From an uncultured Acidobacteriota bacterium (GTDB taxonomy: Bacteria; Acidobacteriota; Vicinamibacteria; Vicinamibacterales; UBA2999): a stretch of 64,000 nt of DNA. The position numbers were made by a program, and so were the translations under genes. The notes beneath the pieces are model-generated. The model saw only the letters and a program-made list of their open reading frames with translations. It ran no database searches and was not told the DNA's origin. This document shows positions 54,558 to 64,000 of this stretch, piece after piece. The stretch is taken from NCBI GenBank assembly GCA_963734635.1, contig CAVTIA010000008.1:106672-170671 (forward strand), written 5' to 3'. Position 1 is the stretch's first letter. Each line of letters begins with the position of its first letter.

Positions 54558-56291
54558 CTACCGCCAGCCGACGACGCTGGCCGCCGGCGCCGGCGCTGGC
54601 GAATCGTCGGGCACGTGCTGCGGCCAGAAGTCTTCCTCCCGATCCTCGGTGCTGTACTCGTACGGACCACGGTAAACCTCCGGCAGTTCCGCGAAGTTGC
54701 CGTGGGGGGGCGGCGACGGGGCCGACCACTCGAGCGTGTTCGCGCGCCACGGGTTCGCGTCGGCGACCCGGCCCCGGACCATGCTGCGGATGAAGTTGAA
54801 GAAGAAAACGGGCTGCACGGCCAGCAGGGAGACCAGTCCCATGGTGGCGATGATCCTCAAGCGCTGAAGGCCCGGCGTAGCCAGATCGGGGAAGCCCGAA
54901 TAGTCGAAGATGCGGCGGTGATCTCCTGCAGCGCCGGTCATGAACAGCGGAATGAAGATGAAGTTGAACGCGATGATCGTGCCCCAGAAGTGAATCTTGC
55001 CGAGCCGCTCGTCCATCATCCGGCCGAACATCTTCGGGAACCAGAAGGTGATGCCGGCAAACGCACCAATGATCGCAATCGGAAAGAACGTGTAGTGAAA
55101 GTGGGCGAGCACGAAGTACGTGTCGTGCAGGTAGATATCCGCCCCGGCCGCGCCGAGGAAGATGCCGGTGACGCCTCCGAGCAGAAACTCGGCCACGAAC
55201 GACAGCGCCCAGAGCATCGGCGTCGTCAGCGTGATCGATCCGCCATACAGCGTGGCGATGTAGACGAAGAGCATTTCGGCGATGGGGACCGAGATGATGA
55301 GCGTCGTGATGGTGAACAGACTGGCCATCCGGGGATCGATGCCGGCAACGAACTGGTGATGCGCCCACACGAAGAAACTGATCACACCCGTGGCGACGGC
55401 CGTGTACACGATAGTCCGGTAGCCAAACAGTTTCTTGCGCGAGAACACCGGGATGATTTCGGCAACGATGCCCATCGCCGGGAGCAGTACGACGTAGACC
55501 TCCGGGTGGCCGAAGAACCAGAAGAGGTGCTGCCAGAGGATCGGGTCCCCGCCGGTTGCCGGGTCGTAGAAGCCGGTGCCGAGCACCTGGTCGAAGAAGA
55601 GCATGGCCGCGCCGGCGAGGAGTGGACCGACCGATGCCATGAAAAGGATGCTCGCGATCACGATCATCCAGACGACAATCGGCACGTCGAACATCCGCAT
55701 GCCTGGTGCCCGCGAATTCATCGCGGTCGTGATGAAATTGATGCCGCCCAGCAGGAACGCTACGAATTCGAGTGCGACCGCGACCACCCAGACCGTGGCG
55801 CCGTATCGCGTCAGGTTGTACACGGCATTGGCCGACAGCGGAGGGTAGGCCGTCCATGCGCCACCGAACGGGCCACCCGGAACGACAAACGACGCCACGA
55901 GCACGACCGCGCTGAGCAGGAAGATCTGATACGACAGGCGATTCACTTTCGGAAACACCATGTCGTCGCAGCCGAGCATGAGCGGGATCAGAAAATTCCC
56001 GAACGCGGCGAGGAGCACCGGCATCGCCACCCAGAAGATCATGATGGTGCCGTGCATCGTGACGAGTGAGTTGTACTGGCCAGCCGACACCCGTCCGAAC
56101 AGCGGCACGGATTCGCCGGGAAAGGCCAGCTGCATCCGGAACACGTAGACGGCGAAGCCGCCGATGAGCGCCATGAGCATCCCGGTGAACAGGTACTGCA
56201 TGGCGATGACCTTGTGATCCGTCGACCACAGATACGTCCTGACGAAGCCCGCGTCGTGGTGAGCAACGGGCGGCGCCGCGACGCTGGTCAT
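54558..56291 (-). CDS. ctaD: Heme-copper oxidase subunit I (A1-type GHPEVY, atypical K-channel)
   Basis: STDHK, TMHG, WFFGHPEVY, WAHH, HDTYFVLAHFHY, HRRI. The ATG overlaps the subunit II stop. Confidence 0.95.
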   Translation of the reverse strand: MTSVAAPPVAHHDAGFVRTYLWSTDHKVIAMQYLFTGMLMALIGGFAVYVFRMQLAFPGESVPLFGRVSAGQYNSLVTMHGTIMIFWVAMPVLLAAFGNFLIPLMLGCDDMVFPKVNRLSYQIFLLSAVVLVASFVVPGGPFGGAWTAYPPLSANAVYNLTRYGATVWVVAVALEFVAFLLGGINFITTAMNSRAPGMRMFDVPIVVWMIVIASILFMASVGPLLAGAAMLFFDQVLGTGFYDPATGGDPILWQHLFWFFGHPEVYVVLLPAMGIVAEIIPVFSRKKLFGYRTIVYTAVATGVISFFVWAHHQFVAGIDPRMASLFTITTLIISVPIAEMLFVYIATLYGGSITLTTPMLWALSFVAEFLLGGVTGIFLGAAGADIYLHDTYFVLAHFHYTFFPIAIIGAFAGITFWFPKMFGRMMDERLGKIHFWGTIIAFNFIFIPLFMTGAAGDHRRIFDYSGFPDLATPGLQRLRIIATMGLVSLLAVQPVFFFNFIRSMVRGRVADANPWRANTLEWSAPSPPPHGNFAELPEVYRGPYEYSTEDREEDFWPQHVPDDSPAPAPAASVVGWR

Positions 56292-56980
56292 CGGGTGGCC
56301 GCCCGCGCGGCAAGCGACGCTGGCGCCGTCTCCATCCATGCCGCGTGTGCGGCCGCCGACCGAATCCGCACACGCCCCGGCATCAGCCCGTGTCCGATCC
56401 CGCAGATCTCGGCGCACTGGAGATCGAACTCCCCGATGACCGTGGGCCGGAACCACCCCACGATCGCGCGCCCTGGCACCGCGTCCTGCTTGAGGCGAAA
56501 TGCGGGCACGGAAAAGCTGTGCAGCACATCCTTCGAATGCAGCTCGTAGTGATAGAGGCGGTTGACCTGCAGGTTCAGCACGTTCACCGTGCGAATGTCG
56601 TCGGCGGTGTCGAGCCGGCCGTCTGGTCCCGCGTGGACGAAGGTCCACGCCCACTGCTGCGCGATGATTCGGACGCGCTCCTCGGCGGGCGGGAGATCGA
56701 TCTTCACGTCGGACCACACCCGAAGCGCCGCCACGACGATGAGGATGTCGAAGACCAGGACAAGATAGTGCGGATAGTTCACCCACCTCGTCTCGCTCGG
56801 CTTCTCGCCGGTTATGTATCGAGCCTTCACGCCGGGACGCGCGCGGAACTTGACGATGAGCCAGAGCAGGACGAACTCGGCAGCCAGGAAGAAACCGCCG
56901 ACGATGAGAGCGATCAGCAGGAAGAGGTCGTCGATGTCGGCCGCGTACGACGACGCCTGGGTGACGTACCAGGAAATCAT
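56288..56980 (-). CDS. ctaC: Cytochrome c oxidase subunit II (CuA)
   Basis: Two TM helices, QQWAW, DVLHSF, CAEICGIGHGLM. Confidence 0.95.
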   Translation of the reverse strand: MISWYVTQASSYAADIDDLFLLIALIVGGFFLAAEFVLLWLIVKFRARPGVKARYITGEKPSETRWVNYPHYLVLVFDILIVVAALRVWSDVKIDLPPAEERVRIIAQQWAWTFVHAGPDGRLDTADDIRTVNVLNLQVNRLYHYELHSKDVLHSFSVPAFRLKQDAVPGRAIVGWFRPTVIGEFDLQCAEICGIGHGLMPGRVRIRSAAAHAAWMETAPASLAARAATR

Positions 56981-57100
56981 GAGCCCTTTCTCATGAAACC
57001 AGCAGGTAAGCCGCAAGAGCGAAGGCGAGCGCGCTCGCGACCGTAATCAGAAACACTCGGCGCCCGATGAAGACGGGATCCGGCTGGGGGTCAGGGCGCG

Positions 57101-57766
57101 TCATCGGAGAGTGCCTTGCTCACTGGACAGGGCGTGCACGTAGGCCGCGACCTGGTTGATGTCCTCGGCCGACAAGGGTGCTGCGACGGCCTGCATCACG
57201 GGTCCGAACGCATCGTCGGGCATCACGCCGCGCACTCCGCTCTTGAACTTCCGGATTTGGGCCGCCACGTACCAGTCGTCCATGCCGGCCAGCGGTGGGA
57301 CTTTGCCAGCTTCAAACCCCCTCCCGGTGACGCCGTGGCACGAGGCGCAGAGGAAGTACGCCCGCTGCCCCGCAGCAGCGTCGCTACCGCCGATCGCTGC
57401 GGTGCTGGTGACGTGGGGCAGCGATGCGACGTGCCTCGCTACTGCCATCGTCTCCATCTCGGAGCGCAGCTGTCGAGACATCGCCTGCATCCGAAGGCCC
57501 TGGACATCGTCGGCGTGCTGACCTCGAACTCCCGTCTGGAACCGCTCGAGCTGTGCCGAGACGTACCAAGCGGGCAGGCCCGCGATCGCCGGCGCACCCA
57601 GAGTCGATGAACCCTCGCCGGCGGCACCGTGGCAGGGAACGCACGCTTCGAACAACTCGGCTCCGGAGATCGAGGCGGTGACGGAACTACGTGCGCAACC
57701 GGTGATCGTCAGGACGCCCGTGAGACTGCCGACGGTCGCAATCATCCGTACGAATGAAATGCCCAT
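57101..57766 (-). CDS. Diheme cytochrome c4-like lipoprotein
   Basis: ITGC lipobox-like motif; CVPCH and CASCH; PAIAG..YVSAQL. Confidence 0.88.
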   Translation of the reverse strand: MGISFVRMIATVGSLTGVLTITGCARSSVTASISGAELFEACVPCHGAAGEGSSTLGAPAIAGLPAWYVSAQLERFQTGVRGQHADDVQGLRMQAMSRQLRSEMETMAVARHVASLPHVTSTAAIGGSDAAAGQRAYFLCASCHGVTGRGFEAGKVPPLAGMDDWYVAAQIRKFKSGVRGVMPDDAFGPVMQAVAAPLSAEDINQVAAYVHALSSEQGTLR

Positions 57767-57982
57767 CAGTTGTTCGCTTCACCGGATCAGGATGTGCGCG
57801 CATGACACGCCGGCGACAACGAGGCACCGCGCGGTTTGTCGCGCGGAGCTTAGCATAGGCAATCCGCGGGTTTACACCTCTGCCGGCATCGCCCAAGATA
57901 GACTCGGCGGGATACCGCGTTTGGCGGAAGCCATGTCGAGAGGTGGCTCTTCGACGTTGTCCGTCAAGGAAGTTCCGCGCCC

Positions 57983-59024
57983 ATGGACCAGACACCGTCA
58001 TCGGCACCGAGCATCACGACCGTCGACATCAGCGGTCCAGCGCGCGCTCTGGCTCTCCTCCGGTGGAGCGACTACCTGCTCGTTGTTGTCTGCGGACTGG
58101 AGCTGCGAGCGTCGCGGCCGATGTCATCCGCGCGCTCGTCGAAGCCCAATGGGTGGAAGCCCTCACATCATCTGCGTTCGTCGCCGTGTTCACGCTCGTC
58201 TTCCGCCGGGCGGCGCTCGACTTCGGACGTGCTGACACAGCTCTGGAGCCGCGGCTCGCCAACCACTTTCATCGCTTCGAGGCCGTTCATCGCAATCGAG
58301 TCGCCCACCGATTCGATTCCGCAACCCGGCGCCGCGCGTGTGCGGCTTGGAGACGACCAGTGGCAGAGGCGTGTGCTGGGATGGATCCGGGAGGCCGACC
58401 TCATTCTGATGCAATGCAGCACGACGCGCATGGGTGAGCTGGGAGCTGCGTCAGGTGATTGAGAATGGCCGTGCGGCCAATCTGATTCTAATGTGTCCCC
58501 GAGATCCAGGCCTGGCGGCGATCGAAGCGCAACCAGGATATCGGCGCGGTATGGAACAGATTCGCAAGGCGTTCAAGGACACGCCCAGGAACGAAGAGTT
58601 GATGGTGTTCGACGACTATCCAGTCTGCGTGCGATGCTGTTCCGCGAGGACGCGTCGATGGTCATGATCCGAAGCACGTCGCGCAGCCGCGACGATATCA
58701 TCTGGCCGCGACTCCAGGCCCATCAGCGGCTGATCGACCCGAAGAGCGCACTGCTGACCACGACAGCCGATGCGCCCCCGGCGTGCTCCACGCTGGGTCT
58801 TCGCCGGCGCCGCCGCCACGCTGGCCCTGGCGCTGATCGGATCCGTTTACAATTCGCCCCGAGGCCCGGCGAACGCCAGGCTCACGTTCAAGCAGGGCGA
58901 GCTCTACGACGCCGATCCCGTGACGGAGGAGGATGCCGCGCAACGGTCGGACGAGACACCGTATCGCAGCAGAGCATTCTTCTGCGGACGACCATTCCGC
59001 ACCGTCCAGCGGACGCCTGCGTGA
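57983..59024 (+). pseudogene. Fragmented hypothetical membrane protein (several frame changes)
   Basis: AAGGAA before the ATG; protein-like blocks switch frames (TM segments; PQPGAARVRLGDDQWQRRVLGWIREADLIL; WELRQVI; a further TM). Confidence 0.45.
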
Positions 59025-59052
59025 GCGCGCGACGGGATTTCGATCACCAGAA

Positions 59053-60018
59053 TCAGCCGGCGACAGTCTCTCTATCCGATTTCTGCCGCACAAGATCAGA
59101 TTGAAGTCGTTCGCCGTACTCGCGCACGACGTTTTCGGTTGCTCTCGAATACTGAGCCGATCGACGACAGCAGAACAACAGAGGAATCCAGCAGGCGATG
59201 AACACCACCGTCGATGCAAGAAAGAATGGCGCTCCAGTTCCCGGCGGATCACCAGGCGTAAACGGGTCGGGCTGAAAGAACGAGCGCCTGTCGAGACCGA
59301 AGACAAGGGCCGATGCGGCAACGGGAAACCAGAAGAAGAAATCACGCGCAAATGACAGCGCGTGTCTGTTCAGCGTGCCTTTCGTGCCCGTGGCATCCCT
59401 GGCCAGGAGTTGATTCGGACCGCGAAGCGAATCGATGCGAGACAAGGAGCGATCGAATGTCACGAAGACGCTGTTGGCGACAATCGTGTGAAATATCAGC
59501 CAGCGCTGACCGCTCGAGTACGAGCTCTGCTCCTCGGAGAGTCTGGGGCTGCCACTTGCAAACACAGGTTCCTCGCCACCGAGAGGGGTGTCCGTGTCAC
59601 GCAGCAGGGAGCCGACGGTATGGTTCTCCCGTCGAGTGACGAGCAGGAGCCATAGAGAAACGACGAAGAGCGAAATCGTGCCCAAGACCGGTATGTCATC
59701 TACGGAAACACGAATGCCCAAGAGGTCGATCGTGGCGTTTCTCGACGCGGCCCAATCCTGGAGTGCCTGGTGTGTAAGGATGTCTTCGACGGTGAAGGCG
59801 CTGTCGAGCGGCGCAATTCCCTTCGTGGTGCGGGCAGCAAGCCAACCGAGGTCATAGGACAGGTAGGCGTTGTACGAGAGAATCAACATCATCATCGAGA
59901 TGAGGGCCATCATCCCGAGTGTGAAGCGGGTCTGCCGTTGAGCCTCGCGCGCTCCGTCCAATCGTGCGACGATCGACTCGCGCGTTTCGGCGATCCAGTC
60001 CTCGAGCTGGCGAGCCAT
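59053..60018 (-). CDS. Hypothetical membrane protein (~4 TM)
   Basis: GAGGAG RBS; 321-aa ORF with about four hydrophobic segments; family not recognised. Confidence 0.7.
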   Translation of the reverse strand: MARQLEDWIAETRESIVARLDGAREAQRQTRFTLGMMALISMMMLILSYNAYLSYDLGWLAARTTKGIAPLDSAFTVEDILTHQALQDWAASRNATIDLLGIRVSVDDIPVLGTISLFVVSLWLLLVTRRENHTVGSLLRDTDTPLGGEEPVFASGSPRLSEEQSSYSSGQRWLIFHTIVANSVFVTFDRSLSRIDSLRGPNQLLARDATGTKGTLNRHALSFARDFFFWFPVAASALVFGLDRRSFFQPDPFTPGDPPGTGAPFFLASTVVFIACWIPLLFCCRRSAQYSRATENVVREYGERLQSDLVRQKSDRETVAG

Positions 60019-60389
60019 TCAGTACGCTCCTCGCAAAGCAGGTAGTTCCGAACTCCGAGCCCAAACTATAGACCATTCGTGTTCTCGTGAAGCCGTTCAC
60101 ACCGCGTCGGCTTTTCAAACGTCACACTCCTGAATGATGTGTCTGCAAAGCGGGGTTCCCCGCAGTCGCGCCAACAGCGTTCTCACCCGGCCACCGTGCC
60201 ACGATGTGGCCAGTCACGAAATGTCGTGAGTACTGCGGATGTGCAATGACCGAGACTGGAGCACGATCAATTGGTTCGTTGACTTCGGTACCAGATAACA
60301 GCACCTGGACGATGAGGAGGAAGAGCCGGTGAATGGCCGGAGTCGTGGGTCGGTGGGTCTTCCGTTTGCATCCATGCGGAGGCCCCAGC

Positions 60390-61151
60390 ATGACGACGCC
60401 GACCAAGGCATCGAGCGCCGCTTGCGTCCTGCAACGCCTGCGGTTCAGCACGTGTCTGCTCGCAGCCGGGCTGGCGCTGGCGGTGCCGCTTGTCGGGTGC
60501 AACCTGTTCCACGCGGATTTCGATATTGCCGTCGGCAACCGGACGGCAAACACGGTGTCGGTCTTTGCGAACGGTGGAAAGATCGGAGATGTCGGTTCGA
60601 ATCTGACCGCAACGTTCACGGTCGAAGAGACCCCGATCGGACGGAATACGATCGATTCCACCGGGAACCCAGTCTCTCCGCGACCGATCGCCCAAGTGAC
60701 CTTCTCCGCTCAAGACTTAGCGACGGGCGTCTTGTCTGCTGGAGTGGCCGCCACACTCGTCAAAGACATCACAACCTATATTGACATCGCACCGTGTCTC
60801 CCGATCGACGCGGGATCGGCATCGCCTTGTCTCTCGGTGGCAAGCGGGACTCTACCCGTGCCAAGCGGGACGACCGGTTCACAGGGGCAGGACTGCACCT
60901 TCTCGCTTTCAGGGTCTGCTCAGTCGTTTAGCGTAGTGGGTGGAACCGGGAACGTGACCGTGACCACATCGACCGCCGGTTGCAGGTGGAGCGTGACCAG
61001 CAGCGAAAGCTGGCTCACCGTGGTCAGCGGGGCCTCGGGAACCGGCGCCGGCGTTGTCGCGTTCCAGGTCGCACCTAACACCACCGGGCAGATGCGCACC
61101 GCGTTCCTGTCCATCGGGGGCCAGACGTTCACGGTCAATCAGGCTGCCTGA
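60390..61151 (+). CDS. Lipoprotein with C-terminal BACON-like (Ig-like) domain
   Basis: GGAGG RBS; LVGC lipobox; CRWSVTSSESWLTV..GTGAGVVAFQVAPN..RTAFLSIGGQTFTVNQA. Confidence 0.8.
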   Translation: MTTPTKASSAACVLQRLRFSTCLLAAGLALAVPLVGCNLFHADFDIAVGNRTANTVSVFANGGKIGDVGSNLTATFTVEETPIGRNTIDSTGNPVSPRPIAQVTFSAQDLATGVLSAGVAATLVKDITTYIDIAPCLPIDAGSASPCLSVASGTLPVPSGTTGSQGQDCTFSLSGSAQSFSVVGGTGNVTVTTSTAGCRWSVTSSESWLTVVSGASGTGAGVVAFQVAPNTTGQMRTAFLSIGGQTFTVNQAA

Positions 61152-61457
61152 GTAGCCCGCCTTCGCCCGTCTTGAGCGCTGGTCGAGAACGCAACGATGC
61201 AGTCCTCGTGACTTGCCTCCGTTTGCCTCGATGACACGCCGGGACGGGACGTTATCGGGTCAGTAGTTAATTCAACGTAGGAAAGACCTTCAGCACTTGC
61301 ATGGGGAAGCAATACTGTGCGATCCACGTGCGTCTGCGAAGGCTTTGTACATCTCGCAGATTAGCCGGACACATTAGTCCGGGCCGAGACCGAAGGATCA
61401 GTGGTGTACCGCTCGCCGGCCGAGACGCGAAGAGGTCGGAGCGTCACGAGCCAGCCG

Positions 61458-63726
61458 TCACTTGCGAGCAGGTTCGAAAAGAACCGGCGACTGCCCAAAG
61501 GGAAACCGCACCGGGGTCAACCTGAAGTTCTCCACGACGAACGCGCGCTCGCCTACAACGCTTGACGGATACCGACGCGGTGCGTTCGATATGAACCGGA
61601 CCTCGTGCCGACCCATCGGCAGTGGCAGAATCCTGTCGATGCGCGGGCTGTCGCGATCTACAGGCACCGGTTCGCCGAACACCTCAGACAGGATAGTGAC
61701 CTGGCCATCGCTGGGCGTGATGGACATTTCCACGCGCACGTTTTGGGTACTAGCAAGATCATTGACCAGCGTCATCCGCGCCTCATGCATGCCCCAGCGC
61801 CGCCCCGATCCGTATTCCTGATCGGAAAACCCGCCCTGCCAGACGGCCAGCGGCGGATGGATCGCAGCTTCGCGCCGGGCCGCCCGCTCGTTGGGTGGCG
61901 TGCGCTGTTCCAGCCGTCTCTGATACTCCTTCAAGCCGTAGAAAGTCAGCTCCTCGTTCGGACTCTGAATCGGGAGGCTGCCAAGCAGGTCGCGAAGTTC
62001 GCGCTCCACACCCGCTCCGTAGTCGGCGAAGCCTCGGCGATTGATAGCAATGCCGCTGAAACCTGCCCAACCCAGCCTCTCGATCAGCTGAGGGGTCGGC
62101 AGCGCCGCGGTCTGTCGAAACCAGGCGTTTGGCTCGCGTCCCCGAATCGTGCCGTATGTCCAGCGCAGATGGTCGCTGTGAAGGTACCCACGCGCCAAGT
62201 CGTAATCCTGCATGTTGGCGAGCGGCGCACTCTCTGGAAATGTGACGAACGGCAACTGAAAGATCAGTGCGCCGCGCGGCACAGTCCGTTCGATCGCTCG
62301 CACGAACGCAGCGTCGCTCTCAAACTGCAATTTGACGTTGTGGTAGTCAGGCAACGCCTTCGGACTGATTTGATCGGTACAGCCCCAGGACGGTCGCGGC
62401 CGCAAGTACACAGCCAAGCCCAATTGCCCGCCTTCGCGTAATCGCGTAGCGCCGTGCCACCTGGTCCAGCCATAACGCCAGCGCAAAGAGCGCAAAAAAG
62501 GAGAGAAAAACGCCGATGCGGTTGTAGGCGCGGATCTGGGGCAGGCCGAAGAATGCGACCAACGAACCAAGACCGCCGATCGTCCCAAAGAGCAGCCCGG
62601 CGACGTTGAGAATGCTCAAGTGGTGAAGCAGGCCTGCGGTTCCGGGCTCGCCCAGGCTATCCGCCGCTGGTTTTCGAAAGAAAAACCACCACAAGAGGCC
62701 CACAAAGCCGAACGCACCCGCAAAGCCGAGCGAGACATGGTTGTTCTCGTTGATGAGTGGGCGCAGGTTGTATACCGCCTTCATCTGCTCTAACGCCGCC
62801 ACACGGTGGCCGTCGACTGGCAACAGGAGCTGCGCGATCCGCAAACCATAGGAATCAGCGTCGCCCGCGTCGCGCTGTACGATTGCCACGGTGCCGTGTT
62901 GCCGAAAATGCTGCAGACTCGGCCACAGGTTGACAATTAGGCCAACGCCGATCACCGCAATCAGCGCGACACCAGGCCACAATCTGCGCAGGCTCCTGCG
63001 CCGGGCAGCAGCCGACACGCTTGCCACCGCCAGAAAGAAACAGGCAAAGAAGGCGTAGTAGGCACCGGTGGCGGCCAGCGTCAGCGAGATCACCACGCTC
63101 AGCCACACTCTTGCACTGCTCCAGGCCTGGCGGTCCGGGCGATCCGGCCACAGTTCGTCGCGGCTAACCCACAGGGTTACAAGCACAGCCAGCGGAATCG
63201 GCCAGTAAGCAGACAAGAACAGGTGATGCTCGCCGCGCAGGATATGGAACGGCGCAAACGCGTAGAGCAGGCTCACACAAACGCTCGTCCACCAAGTCAC
63301 ACCGAAACAACGCAACACCCAGAAGGCGCACAGGAACACGGCAGGAAACGTCAGCAGATAGAAGGCGTTGAGGACCGACGGGTAGTGCGATGTGGTTCGC
63401 GCCAGCAGCCACAACGTCAAGATGTGCAGATTGTTGTCAGAGGTCGGCACGTCACGCAGGTCAAGTGTCCCCGGTGCGCTCAGGAGGGGCACATCCAGAA
63501 ACCAACCGTGACCGATCACGTTCTTGGTGATTAGGTGGTAGAACATGGTGTCGCCCCGGTACGCATACGGCCACCTGCGCGCCTCGTTGCGCAGGTCGAA
63601 CACGGCGCCGAGCACGAGCAGGCACAGGACGAGGGCCGTCGCATGCTGACAGGCCGCGCGCACGCGCGTCGCCGAGCGAATCGCGACGGTCGGGCGTCCC
63701 GTGGGCTGGGATTCCACGGTCACCAT
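61458..63726 (-). CDS. Polytopic membrane protein, YfhO/GT-C-like; apparent 1-nt insertion at ~62377
   Basis: Many TM segments; YRGD, YAFAPFHILRGEHHLFL, YYAFF, QIRAYNR, then LYDQ..FQLPFVTFPE..YLHSDHLRWTYG in the next frame. Confidence 0.72.
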
Positions 63727-64000
63727 CGAATCATCGTCTGGGTGTCGAACCGCCGCCTTTGTATACCAGAGTTGCGCTCTTGGATCCATCCTGTCGCACG
63801 GCGACCCACCGCTGGAATCCTGCGGGCATTAGCGCGCTGCTACCAAAAAAGGAAGCAGAGCCTCAGCCCTCGAACTCTGAGGTGAAAGCAACATGCACCG
63901 CACTTTCGCCCGTATCGTGTCGTATGCAATCGCGGGCGGCGATCTTTCCCTTGCCCAGGAACAGACAGCCGCGCATGACCGCGTCATTCCGCAGACGTTT

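Noticed and set aside
60355-60370. Sigma54-like site before the BACON lipoprotein
   Set aside because: Poor -24 match, and the implied transcription start would fall within the RBS.
61152-61457. Possible ncRNA or IS end in this AT-richer spacer (GGGTCAGTAGTTAATTCAAC)
   Set aside because: No partner repeat, recognisable RNA motif or transposase was found.
63893-64000. Possible gene start (ATGCACCGC...) running off the window
   Set aside because: Too short to assess, with no recognisable motif.

Overview
A high-GC bacterial chromosomal segment. Gene content and the dispersed GTAGTGTCCGGCTT(C/T)AGCCGGAC repeats suggest Acidobacteriota, probably Vicinamibacteria (inferred, not searched). Left part: a 5'-truncated RND transporter fused in frame to a TolC-type outer-membrane factor; an atypical GuaB-family gene; an acyl-CoA dehydrogenase-meaB-(mce/MBL fusion)-mtnP-nucleoside kinase operon; a dnaK-dnaJ-hspR-(DnaC-like ATPase)-hemW cluster with a HAIR operator over its -35 box; and PBP1A. 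Middle: secreted enzymes (amidase, GGT-family protein, M20 peptidase, three paralogous alpha/beta-hydrolases, a PQQ/heme c dehydrogenase, a sulfatase), lnt, and prfB with its programmed frameshift. Right part: a TonB receptor, a DUF6152 gene pair, kdgT, and a cytochrome c oxidase operon whose subunit I keeps the D-channel but lacks the K-channel residues and carries two unusual intramembrane glutamates; this is the strongest candidate for novelty. Intergenic DNA holds several repeat families (GTAG-REPs, period-7 arrays, other palindromes), some translated into proteins. About ten single-base-insertion frameshifts after 26 kb look like sequencing errors. No rRNA, tRNA, CRISPR array or transposase was recognised.
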